Assembly (NCBI RefSeq): GCF_006345805.1
Contig: NC_043011.1
Coordinates: 42,668,464 to 42,732,463 of the forward strand
Length of the DNA: 64,000 nt
From: Octopus sinensis
Taxonomy: Eukaryota
Direction: 5' to 3'
The notes beneath the pieces were generated by a model, which was given only the letters and a program-made list of their open reading frames with translations, was not told where the DNA came from and made no database searches. Within the stretch, counting starts at the first letter, position 1. The number at the start of each line of letters is the position of its first letter. This document shows, piece by piece, positions 38,900 to 51,189 of the stretch. Position numbers and translations under genes: made by a program.

Positions 38900-39290
38900 T
38901 TTCTTTCTTTTACTTGTTTCAGTCATTTGACTGCGGCCATGCTGGAGCACCGCCTTTAGTCGTAGCAAATCGACCCCGGGACTTATTCTTTTGTGTAAGC
39001 CTAGTACTATTCTATCGGTCTCTTTTGCCTAACCGCTAAGTGACGGGACGTAACACACACCAGCATCGGTTGTCAAGCAATGCTAGGGGGACAAACACAC
39101 AAACACACACTATAATATATATATATACATATATACGACAGGCTTCTTTCAGTTTCCGTCTACCAAATTCACTCACAAGGCATTGGTCGGTCGGGCCCGG
39201 GCTATAGCAAGACACTTGCCCAAGATGCCACGCAGTGGGACTGAACCCGGAACCATGTGGTTGGTAGCAGGCTACTTACCACACAGCCAC
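38900..39290 (-). mobile_element. SINE S2
   Basis: Full head, body and tail on the reverse strand. Confidence 0.85.
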
Positions 39291-39342
<52 letters not shown>

Positions 39343-39374
39343 TTTATTTAAAAGCAGCAGGAATTCAACAAAAC

Positions 39375-39421
39375 CTGTTACTACTCTACTCGGAGTTTTC
39401 ACGTTCCCGTTCGTCGGACAG
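39375..39421 (-). ncRNA. Hammerhead-like motif (degenerate)
   Basis: Reverse strand: CUGU-CCGACGA-ACG-GGAA-CGU-GAAAAC-UCC-GAGU-A-(8-nt insert)-ACAG. Confidence 0.5.
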
Positions 39422-39451
39422 TTTTGTTAACAAATCTGTCCGACGAATGAG

Positions 39452-39488
39452 TGTTCGACGAACGGGAACGTGAAGCTCCGAGTAACAG
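39452..39488 (+). ncRNA. Hammerhead-like motif (degenerate)
   Basis: UGU-UCGACGA-ACG-GGAA-CGU-GAAGC-UCC-GAGU-A-ACA. Confidence 0.5.
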
Positions 39489-39719
39489 GTTTTGTCGAAT
39501 TTCTGCTGCTTTTAATAAAGCATATCTACTCTACCCCTGGTATTTTTGAGTACTCTTTTTTCCACCTTGTTTCACATTTATGTGTTTACTCCTACCGGTA
39601 TACACCCACACCACCACACACATATATATATTTATATAAATATGTATTATAAATATATATATAAATATGAATATATATATATATATATATATAATATATA
39701 TTATATATAATATATATGA

Positions 39720-39823
<104 letters not shown>

Positions 39824-39859
39824 GACTGTATATATACATATGAATATATATGTATATAT

Positions 39860-40015
39860 ATATGACGGGCTGTGGCTTACTGGTGTTGCACTGAAATTAA
39901 TAAGATTATAGTTTCGATTCCTGGACCGGGCCATGCATTATGTTCTTGAGTTAAACACTTCATTTCACGTTGCTCCAGTTCACTCACCTGGCAAAACTGA
40001 GTAATCCGGCGATGT
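39860..40015 (+). mobile_element. SINE S4 head and body
   Basis: Contains GTTTCGATTCCTGGACCGGG..GTTCTTGAGTTAAACACTTCATTTCACGTTGCTCCAG. Confidence 0.7.
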
Positions 40016-40421
40016 ATGTGTATGTACTTGCATCCCACTGATCAATCGCCTCCTACAAATCTTGAACATATATTCAACAAGGCTTGCCGCTTCTTATACA
40101 ATGTACAGGTTCCTATAGTAATGCCTACCGTCTATATACTAGTACAGTGTCCCACAAATCTCAGACATTACGCTTCAGCAGATTCAAACGCAAACATGCT
40201 AGTTGTTGTTGCATACGTTACCAGAAACAACTCCCTTTTTCGCCGACAATGAGTTCGTAACGCACGGCATGTTAAATCTTGTCAGGCCGAAGTTGCAGTA
40301 CCATGGAACTTAAACAAGTCACTGGCTTTGCTCATAATTTCATCGAAAAGACTGTTCGATGCCCATCGCTTATATCTGCCAACCGATAAAACTATTGCTA
40401 TTTGCGCTGTGTATGCATGAA

Positions 40422-40473
40422 TAATTCGAGCTGACGAGACGCAACATGTCGTAACACCGGTGTCTCAGAATTA
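40422..40473 (+). ncRNA. Hammerhead-like motif with palindromic stem III and an A13U core mutation
   Basis: UAAUUCGAG-CUGACGA-GAC-GCAACAU-GUC-GUAA-CACCGGUGU-C-UCAGAAUUA. Confidence 0.55.
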
Positions 40474-41244
40474 ACAGCGCCAATGAGCCAAGTGTTTTTT
40501 TTTAACTCAGTGTCGTTGCAAAAGGGAGAATTTGTTGAGTTGTGACGCATACAACAGCGACAAGTATATTTGCATTTGATTCTGCTGAAATGCATTAATG
40601 ATAAATATGCAAATCATCGTTTCAGATCTCACTGTACACATTACAAATAACGATTTTTCATCTAATGCATTGTTCGGTAAACGCTCCCTAAAGAAACCTT
40701 TCTTCTCCTTAATATTTTAGTATTTGCTCATTTAGTCTGTTTTTTATTACATTCATTAGCATCAAACTTTGATATTGCGTTGTATTTTGCGTTGTATTTT
40801 GAGGTCGTTCAACAGATTTGATTCCAACGCATTACTGTCTGACAATGCAGTGATCTCACAGATTTCCGACTTGGAATTTAGTGATTGAACGTTAAAAATT
40901 TGAATGTTGAAATATATTTTAATATCATAAAATCTTGTAGACCGAAGTGTCTCTCAGTTCAACGAAGCTGTTTGCTAAAGAAAGTGCCCCTTGTCTACTT
41001 ACGAGATGAGTGATGTGTTATGGCTCTGGAGAAAAGACCATTTAGATTCTATCTGTTATCTGATAATGACAGGCAGTAACTGGCAATAACAAATCTTGAA
41101 AGTTGCAGTGTTCAGACAAAATGTTTAATCCATGTCATTGTGGTTGACAGGTCGCTTTTCATTTGCCATCGGAAGTGACAAATGAAAGCCGATTATCATT
41201 TTAGATTCTTGTTGGCTTTCTCTCTCCTAGTGTTAGCTCTAAGA

Positions 41245-41822
41245 TTTTTGAGTGTCTCACTGTTCGCTTTTCACGGTAGAGCCGCGTTCCAGAAAGTCAA
41301 GTAGAATGACGCACTTGTCACCTTCAAAACAGTCACTATGACACTCTGTACGATAGCTACCTCTTGAAAATTTCAGACCTTTGACAGATACTATCAAGTT
41401 TTGTTTCCAGCTGCTGAAGGACTCACTTTGAGTACACTTTCTAATATCCAAAATATTCCAACTTATTATGTAACGCATTGTGATCGAAGTCTAGTTGTGC
41501 AGCAAGCACACGTATTGTGACTTGTCTGTCCGTGTGAATCAATTCGCCCACCTATTGGCGATTTCTATCAGCCGTTAATGGTATCATCTCAGTAAACAAC
41601 CTATACCCTTCTGTAGACGTCGGATAGCTTGCCATCTGTATCGTCGAGAACTCAATGACGGCACGTTGTTCTTGCTTGGAACTCATTATTTGATCGCAAT
41701 AAAGAACAAGAAGAGTTACTGTTTAAAACGAGTTACTCTGTCAACTTGAAAACTGAATGACCCATGTCACTTAATGAAAAAAATTATGTCTACTTTTGCA
41801 TTATTTTCAGTTTAAGTCTCAT
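41245..41822 (-). mobile_element. Mariner relic (5' end, internally deleted)
   Basis: Translates MSSKQEQRAVIEF..LAAQLDF..GY*KVYSK*V..ILLDFLERGSTVKSEQ. Confidence 0.7.
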
Positions 41823-42010
41823 ATATGCATACAAGTAGATACATGCATACATACATAAACACATACATACATACATACATATATACATACATACATATAT
41901 TCTTATATACATACAATATGTCTGTCCGTCTGTCTATTTACCTATGTATGTGTGTGTATACATATATATTATATATATATATATAAATACAGACACGCTC
42001 ACACACATTC

Positions 42011-43265
<1,255 letters not shown>

Positions 43266-44519
43266 CCTTGGAGCTTATCTTACACACACACACACACACA
43301 CACACAGACAGACAGACAGACAGACACACACACACCAAACACACAACCACACATGTACACACCACACACAAACCAACGTGGTTTCACAACCAGCGAGAAA
43401 TAGCAGTCAAATTATCTACAAAACACACCCTTAAAAAGGTATCCTTAAAACAAGATGCATTGGATAAACATGACTTTGATAATGTCTGCTCGACAGGAAA
43501 TGATGAGGAGCTAAGCACCAATAACAACAATAACATCATCGACCACAACGATAACAGCAATAACAAATATAAACACTTCCTGTCAAGTGGAATACAACTG
43601 ACATATGCATCTATTAGACTTCTGTGATAGTACTCCCACCAATGCATACAAACGACCAAAAGAAAAAATGAATTAAATAATAAAATATGGGCCTGGGGCG
43701 GGGTAGAAGACGGAGTTGCGTAAGAAGAGGGAACTGGACAAATAAAACAGAAAACAAAAATAATTGACTAAAGATGACGTAAAAGAATGAGACGAGATAA
43801 ACAAAAATATAAAATAAAAGTAAAAAAATGAATATAAGATGAAATAAAAGTAACAAAAATGAGAGGCAAAAATGTCACATCCTGTTTAAACGATTTGTTA
43901 CTGTCGATGTTGTTATTGGCTCACGCTAGTCAACCCCTGTTGCGCAAACCTACGATTAAATGTGTTGTAGCTATTAGCTTTTTTCTGTAGATACTTGATG
44001 ACAGCACGCTGCCAAATTTTATCCATTTTCAAGCGAAGTCGCTACCACTTACTTTTGGACTCTTTGAACAGTCAGATGTCAGTTTACCTGAAAAAAAAAA
44101 CAAAAAAAAAACAATGCAATTATCAATAAGGAGAGTTGAAATTAATGCATGCTTTAACATCACTCCGTTACAGTCAGCCTATGAACTTTTCAGCCTACCC
44201 TCGTAGGTCCAATTCGCAATTAGGACACGAGGTGATTTTTAACGATATTTATGTTTTGAAAAAATGTATCGCATATGCTAACAAATACATTACATTACAA
44301 AATTCCATTACAGTTTCTTAACAGTAGAATGTACGAGATGTATTCCAGTTGAAAGAAGCACAAAACTTTAACCCAGTCATCCTCAGCAGGGATCCAGATG
44401 ATTCTTGAGCGACCATACAAGATTCTGTCGCTAAAATTTATGTGCAATAAAATGGCTGTTTTTACAATAAACAAAATGTTTTAACAGTTTTTTAATATTA
44501 TTCCTTATGATATTTTTAT

Positions 44520-44940
44520 TATTAAAATAAAATAGGATTTTCTTAAACATCGAATTGCAATGAGCCTCCATCTTAGTAAAATAGGAACCAAAACAGTCCA
44601 AGAGTATGAACTGGTTGCAAACTACTGCTTTAATCTCAAAGCATGATCCTCGGACTTCAGTACATTTGTAGCACCCTAGCCTCTTCGTGACGGCTCTGTG
44701 GTGTTCAAGAATATGGACACCACATGAAGGTGTCCATATTCTTAGACACCACAGTATGAATATGAAGGTATCCAAAACCTTTATCACAGCATCTTTCATC
44801 TTCAAAACGACTGCCCCTTAGGGTCTTGTTCTCCATGGGACTTTTGGTTGGGGAACAAAAGCCAATTCTGATGTTCTGACGTCCATCTCCCTCCAACACT
44901 TCTCAACGTATCTCACCTCTCTGTCTTTGAACCTCTCGTG
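44520..44940 (-). mobile_element. Old mariner C-terminal relic interrupted by a foldback
   Basis: Translates LRGSRFEDE / KMKDAVIKVLDTF..HRAVTKRLGCYKCTEVRGSCFE, similar to the mariner C-terminus. Confidence 0.6.
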
Positions 44941-45035
44941 CCAATGAAAAAGTTAATCTATAAGCAGTTTAGAATATGCCATAAGTTTTTGTAGTTTTTT
45001 TTTGCCATGTTTAACACTAAACTCTATTGCATAGC

Positions 45036-45355
45036 GTGGAGGCGCAATGGCCAAGTGGTTAGGGCAGAAGACTCGCGGTCGGAGGGTCGCGGTTTCGATT
45101 CCTAGACCGGGCATTGTGTGTGTTTATTGAGTAAAAACACCTAAAGCTCCACGAGTCTCCGGCAGGGGTGGTGGTGACCCCTGTTGTACTCTTTCGCCCC
45201 AACTTTCTCTCACTCTCTCTTCCTGTTTCTTGAGTAATGCTGCGATGGACTGGCGTCCTGTCCAGCTGGGGGATAGCACATACGCCACAGAAACCGGGAA
45301 ACCAGGCCCATGAGCCTAGCTAGGCTTGAAAAGGGCGACGTTTATCGTTTTATTG
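45036..45355 (+). mobile_element. tRNA-derived SINE (body S1 + tail T2)
   Basis: A and B boxes, S1 body, tail GCGATGGACTGGCGTCC..GAAAAGGGCG. Confidence 0.85.
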
Positions 45356-45789
45356 CATAGCAGAGCTTCCAAACGTCCTAACAGCATTCTGTAACAAGCA
45401 GTATTTAGTAGGATGTGTTCAAAATCCTGCTACAACCGTCTCCCTCAACCAAGAATAACAAAAACTATCTGGTCAGCTAAGATGTATAGTAATGATATAC
45501 TACAATTACAATAATCTGCGACAGTTATAACTGCATCTCCTAAAAAAAAGTCTCAAAATTTCTGAAATGCACCACGTAATTAAAGTAGATTTAACAGCTA
45601 TTTTTAGCACATAGAATAACCTCCGCCCACACAGTTGGTTTGCTTCATTACGTTGCACAGTGCAACACTAATATAATTGCTCTATCTATTGCCGTATATT
45701 ATTACGCTGACACCTAGTTATTTATGGCCGTGGTTTCGATTCCAGCAATTAGTAATCAACGTTAATTACATTGAATTGAGGTGAAAAAT

Positions 45790-46380
45790 AGAGTATACCA
45801 CCACCACCACCATTAAGCATCACTACTAATATCGCAGTCTACATAATCAAAACACGACGACGACGACCATCACCAGCACCGTTAACACAAAAATAGTTAA
45901 CACCACTAATTACCATCACCACACCACAACATGACCAGAAGCGGCCGCACCACCACCATCAACAAAATCAGCTCTTACAACACCACCACCACCACCTCTT
46001 CCTCCTTTCCTCCTCCTCTTTCTCTTTTCCTCCTACTCCTTCTCCTCCTCTTCCACCCCTCCTCTTCTTCCACCCTCCTCCTCCTCCTCCTCTTCCACCC
46101 CCTCCTCTTCCATCTTCCTCCTCCTCTTTTACCCCCTCCGCTTCCATCCCTCCTCCTCACTCCTTTCTTCGTTTTTCCTCCTCTTCTTCCTCCTTTTCCT
46201 TTTCACGTTCAACCTTCTTCTCTTCTTCTTCTTCTTTTTCTTCTTCTTCGCCTCCTCCTCCTCCTCCTTCTTCTTCTTCTTCTTCTTCTTCTTCTTCTTC
46301 TTCTTCTTCTTCCTGTTTTTCCTGTTCCAGTTCCTCTTTTCCATTTCCTCTTCCCCCTGTTCTTCAGCTTCCTCCATTGT
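45790..46380. repeat. Low-complexity (CAC)/(CCT)/(TTC) tract
   Basis: Seen directly. Confidence 0.9.
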
Positions 46381-46419
46381 TGCAATAGTTGTAGTGATGA
46401 ATAGAACATCTTCAGTTGT

Positions 46420-46845
46420 GTGGATGCAGGTGTGGGTCTGAGATAAGAAGTTTGCTCCCCAATCATATAATTCCGTGTTCAGTCCCACTGCGTTGCACCT
46501 TGGGCAAGTGTCTTCTACTATAGCCACGGGTTGACCTAAGCCTTTGAGTGAATTTGATATATAGAAACTGAAAGAAACCCATCGCATATGTGTGTGTTGG
46601 TACGTATACATATGTATGTGTGTGTGTGTGTGTATGTGTATCTTTGAGTTTGTACCCTGTCCCACACCACTGCTTGACAACCTGTGTTGGTTTGTTTACG
46701 TCGCCGTAACTTAGCGGTTAGAGAAAAGTGACCGAGAGAATAAGTACCAGGTTTAAAAAGTGATACGTACTGTTTCGGCGAAATCCTTGAACGTGGTGCC
46801 CTAGCATGGCCACAGTCCAACGACTGAAGCAGGTAAAAGAATGTA
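46420..46845 (+). mobile_element. SINE S2
   Basis: Head, body and tail present. Confidence 0.8.
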
Positions 46846-46870
46846 GCTACAGTAGTGGTGAGCTAGGTAG

Positions 46871-47472
46871 CTATTTCTTTACTACCCACAAGGGGCTAAA
46901 CACAGAGAGGACAAACAAGGAAAGACAAACGGATTAAGTCGATTATATCGACCCCAGTGCGTAACTAGTACTTATTTAATCGACCCCGAAAGGATGAACG
47001 GCAAAGTCTACCTCGACGGAATTTGAACTCAGAACGTAGCGGCAGACGAAACACCTATTCCTTTACTACCCACAAGGGGCTAAACACAGAGAGGACAAGC
47101 AAGGACAGACAAACGGATTAAGTCGATTATATCGACCCCAGTGCGTAACTGGTACTTATTTAATCGACCCCGAAAGGATGAAAAGCAAAGTCGACCTCGG
47201 CGGAATTTGAACTCAGAACGTAGCGGCAGACGAAACACCTATTTCTTTACTACCCACAAGGAGCTAAACATAGAGAGGACAAACAAGGGCAGACAGACGG
47301 ATTAAGTCGATTATATCGACCCCAGTGCGTAACTGATACTTATTTAATCGAGCCCGAAATGATGAAATGCAAAGTCGACCTCGGCGGAATTTGAACTCAG
47401 AACGTAGCGGCAGACGAAATACGGTTACGCATTTCGCCCAGCGTGCTAACGATTCTGCCAGCTCGCCGCCTT
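46871..47472 (-). mobile_element. SINE S3 trimer: head + three 184-bp units
   Basis: Units start at 46871, 47055 and 47239. A single head lies at about 47423-47472. Confidence 0.92.
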
Positions 47473-48850
47473 GTGATGGGTTAGGTAGCATCGGGGTTTG
47501 CAGTCAGTGAGTGAACAGTACCACTAAGTCTAAAACTATGATTATAGCTGCAATGATGGCGGAATCAGCATTGTAATGATGTTTATAAACATAGTTGCTA
47601 CTTCGAAGCAACCTCTTTCATCAACCACCAATATACCTTAGTTCTTTGCAATGACGCTGTTCTTTTACAAAAAGTTTTCGTAGCCAAGAATTTTAATAAA
47701 ACTTTGAATTGAAATCATTTAATCAAATTCTATCTTAGTTTCGCTGCAAATCACTCAACGTTTAAGAAAGGAATGCAATTCTTTATACCATTTAGACATT
47801 TCATTTTATTTATTCAATATATTTTCTTTGTATCTTCAACTACTTCACGTCAAGTATATTCCAAATTTTCTGTCTTCTTTCTCATTTCTTATTTGCAATT
47901 GTTCCGAATAGCGTTGTTTGAGACAGAAGACCAGTATTTGCTTGTATTCGGGTCAAGCAATTTACTTAACCTGTAAGGAGGGATAGAATAGTGATAGATG
48001 GAGGGAAGAACGACTGAAAAATCTGTTCTGTCTATGAAGCAATCATCAGTTATTATACTTTAGGTTTAGAGGCGGTTTTGCTACTGCCAGCGGGTTTAGA
48101 GAATCCATGATAACTATTGTGCTTTCGAGGCTTCCATAATGGAATTTTGCTTTAAAAGAGAGAACCAATGTTTCATGGAACCATAACCATTGGCGTCTTC
48201 AGTTCGAAGTTGAAGTTATAATGTAAATGATACATTATCCTAGGTGGCGCTGTCCACTTTAAGGTCAGCCATTACGAATAAACCTGAAGAACTGAAGAAA
48301 GGAAAGACAGAATATTCAAGAGTTCACAGACAAATCAAGAACAGATATAAGAAGAAAATTCGATGATGGTTTTATAGATTTATCTTTTAACGATTATTAT
48401 CGAATGGAGAAAGAACGGTAAAATAGGAAGAAAAAATGTGTTCTGATGATAAAGTTTAACTTAAATATTAATATACACTTTAGACATTTGTTTTTAAAAC
48501 CAAGTAGCGCTATTAGATATTATAAGAATTCAGGAATTATCGCCGGTTCTTATGATATATAAAAATGTAGGTTTTAATGTAGCTCAAAGGAAATTATATA
48601 TGTTGATAATAAACTATCTTTACAACAACGGCCATGAAAAATAATTTGCGACACAGCTCCACATACCATACGCTCTTGAAAATCAAGCGTGAAACCGACT
48701 GAGAAGTGTATGTATGTATGTGTGTATGTATGTATGTATGTATGTATGTATGTATGTATGTATGTATGTATGTATGTATGTATGTATGTATATGTGTATG
48801 TATGTATGTATATATGTATATGTATGTATATATGTGTGTGTATATGCATG

Positions 48851-48908
<58 letters not shown>

Positions 48909-49091
48909 CATACACACATATATATAATACATATATACATACACATATGTAGTTTTAAAATTCAAACATATTCTGCATGCATTTCTACCGTTTTATTTCA
49001 TTTTCTCTACTACTTGTTTAGATTAATAACGATTTCTCCTTCTCTTAGTATATATATATATATAATATATATATATATATATAATATATAT

Positions 49092-49184
<93 letters not shown>

Positions 49185-49205
49185 TATATATATATATATA
49201 TATAT

Positions 49206-50276
49206 GACTTTCTGAAAGATAGGAGTCAGGCAGTAGTGGTTAATGGAGCCACCTCTATGAACACACAAATAGTGAGCGGTGTTCCACATGGCACTGTCTT
49301 GGGACCACTGCTTTTTATAGTGGTCCTCTCAGATATGCCCTCAAATGCCCGGATAGCCACTCTGGCAGACGATACGAAAGTCTTGCAGAAAATACAGAAC
49401 CCCAGCGATGTTGCACACCTGCAGCAGGAGTTGGACTCAATCTACAGATGGGCTGAGGATAATAATATGCAGTTTAATGCTGAAAAATTCCAGGCCCTGC
49501 GCTACCAGCATCCAAAACTGAATATTAAACTTACAGGATACACCGGTCCACAGGGAATTTCAATCCCAGAGCTTAAGTCTGTAAGGGACCTGGGTATCGA
49601 CATGAGTGATGATACCTCTTTCCAAGTGCACATTACCAGGATGGCGACAAAGTGCAGACGACTGGCTGGGTGGATCCTAAGAACATTCAGAACCAGAGAT
49701 AAGGAAACCCTGATGGTCCTCTGGCGGACATTCGTCCTCAGCCTCCTGGATTACTGCTCCCAGCTATGGTCACCCACCAGTGTAAAATTAACGGCGGACC
49801 TTGAAGCAATCCAGAGAAGATTCACAAAGAAGATCGTCTCTTTGCAACAGCTCAGCTACTGGGAAAGGTTGAAACAGCTAAGACTCTACTCCCTGGAGAG
49901 AAGACGGGAGAAGTATGCAGTAATATATGTCTGGAAGATCCTGGAAGGAATTGTGCCAAATTTTGGTATTGTAAGCTACACCAATGCTAGAACGGGACGA
50001 CACTGCATAGTGCCAAAGATCCCAGCAATGCCATCACACTTCAGGACCAGCTTCTGCAAGAGCCTGGGTTTCAAGGGCCCACAGCTTTTTAATATTCTCC
50101 CAAAGAGTCTGAGGAACTTGCACAAAGTAGATGTAGCGGTTTTTGAATCAAAGCTGGACATCTTCATGTCAAGAGTCTCAGATGAACCTACCTCACGGCA
50201 AGAGGTGCAAATGAGAGTAGCTATATCAAACTCCATTCTTCACCAAGTGCCACATATTAGACGAGGTTCGTCGTAA
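49206..50276 (+). CDS. CR1 ORF2 C-terminal part (reverse transcriptase domains 4-7 and C-terminus), stop-free
   Basis: Reads SGVPHGTVLGPLLF, LADDTK (YADD motif damaged by a small deletion), VRDLG, LDYCSQLWSP, LEAIQRRFTK and YSLERRR. Confidence 0.8.
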   Translation, partial: DFLKDRSQAVVVNGATSMNTQIVSGVPHGTVLGPLLFIVVLSDMPSNARIATLADDTKVLQKIQNPSDVAHLQQELDSIYRWAEDNNMQFNAEKFQALRYQHPKLNIKLTGYTGPQGISIPELKSVRDLGIDMSDDTSFQVHITRMATKCRRLAGWILRTFRTRDKETLMVLWRTFVLSLLDYCSQLWSPTSVKLTADLEAIQRRFTKKIVSLQQLSYWERLKQLRLYSLERRREKYAVIYVWKILEGIVPNFGIVSYTNARTGRHCIVPKIPAMPSHFRTSFCKSLGFKGPQLFNILPKSLRNLHKVDVAVFESKLDIFMSRVSDEPTSRQEVQMRVAISNSILHQVPHIRRGSS

Positions 50277-50340
50277 TAACAGTGTAGCACAAAACGGCGG
50301 TGCATCAGCATGGCTGCAGCTCTGAGCTGGAACTACAAAG

Positions 50341-50345
<5 letters not shown>
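49206..50345 (+). mobile_element. CR1-clade LINE, 5'-truncated, flanked by (TA)n on both sides
   Basis: RT C-half ORF plus a short 3' UTR. Confidence 0.93.
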
Positions 50346-50393
<48 letters not shown>

Positions 50394-50497
50394 TGTGCAT
50401 TTAAACACATAAGAGATTACCATAATAGGACATCTGACTCACTAGAAAGAGCAGTTAAATTGCAAACCACTAATAGTTGTAATTCTGAAGGGAAGAG

Positions 50498-50564
<67 letters not shown>

Positions 50565-50571
50565 CACACAC

Positions 50572-50622
<51 letters not shown>

Positions 50623-50638
50623 ACACACACACACACAC

Positions 50639-50678
<40 letters not shown>

Positions 50679-50714
50679 ACACACACACACACACACACCA
50701 CACATATATATATA

Positions 50715-51120
50715 TATATCAGAATTTTTCCGTAATGAGATAAAAAACCAAGGCTGTGTAGATATTAAAACATTTATAGATAGAAGGTCTTACAGCTGTT
50801 TCCAGGATATTTATTAATTATATCCCTTCATCGGAGACGGTGTGAGAAGATGGTTAAGTAATAATTAACAATAAGGATACAATATAGAGAGTGAGGTGGA
50901 GGAAAGAAAATAGATTCAGGATATGTAGGAATATTGAAGTTATAGATCCACTTTTTTAGGTAGAATGTAAGATTCCAATACTTTATGAGTAAAGTCCAAC
51001 AGAGTTTAAAATTGTTCATTCCAAATATAGAGCTTATACACAATGTAAGATTCCAATACATTATGAGTGAGATCCAGCAGTTTTTAAACTGGTCATTCCA
51101 AGTACAGAATTTATACACAG
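50715..51120 (-). mobile_element. Penelope-like pseudo-LTR fragment with an internal ~78-bp tandem duplication
   Basis: TTACAGCTGTTTCC..CTTCATCGGAGA signature. Duplicated units at 50964-51041 and 51042-51119. Confidence 0.65.
50787..50838 (-). ncRNA. Hammerhead-like motif
   Basis: Reverse strand: GUCU-CCGAUGA-A-GGGAUAU..AUAUCCU-G-GAAAC-AGCU-GUA-AGAC. Confidence 0.55.
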
Positions 51121-51126
51121 TTTTGT

Positions 51127-51177
51127 AGAGTCAAAGGTTTTTACTTAAAGTGACTTTAAGTAAAAACCTTTGACTCT
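51127..51177. repeat. Perfect 25-bp-arm palindrome with a 1-nt spacer
   Basis: AGAGTCAAAGGTTTTTACTTAAAGT-G-ACTTTAAGTAAAAACCTTTGACTCT. Confidence 0.97.
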
Positions 51178-51189
51178 TTTGCACATATG

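Larger units (their letters stand above)
39342..39600. mobile_element. Inverted pseudo-LTR pair (Penelope-like), ~180-bp foldback plus extension
   Basis: Arms 39342-39421 and ~39436-39520 are reverse complements, each with a hammerhead-like core. The right arm runs on into non-palindromic sequence. Confidence 0.7.
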
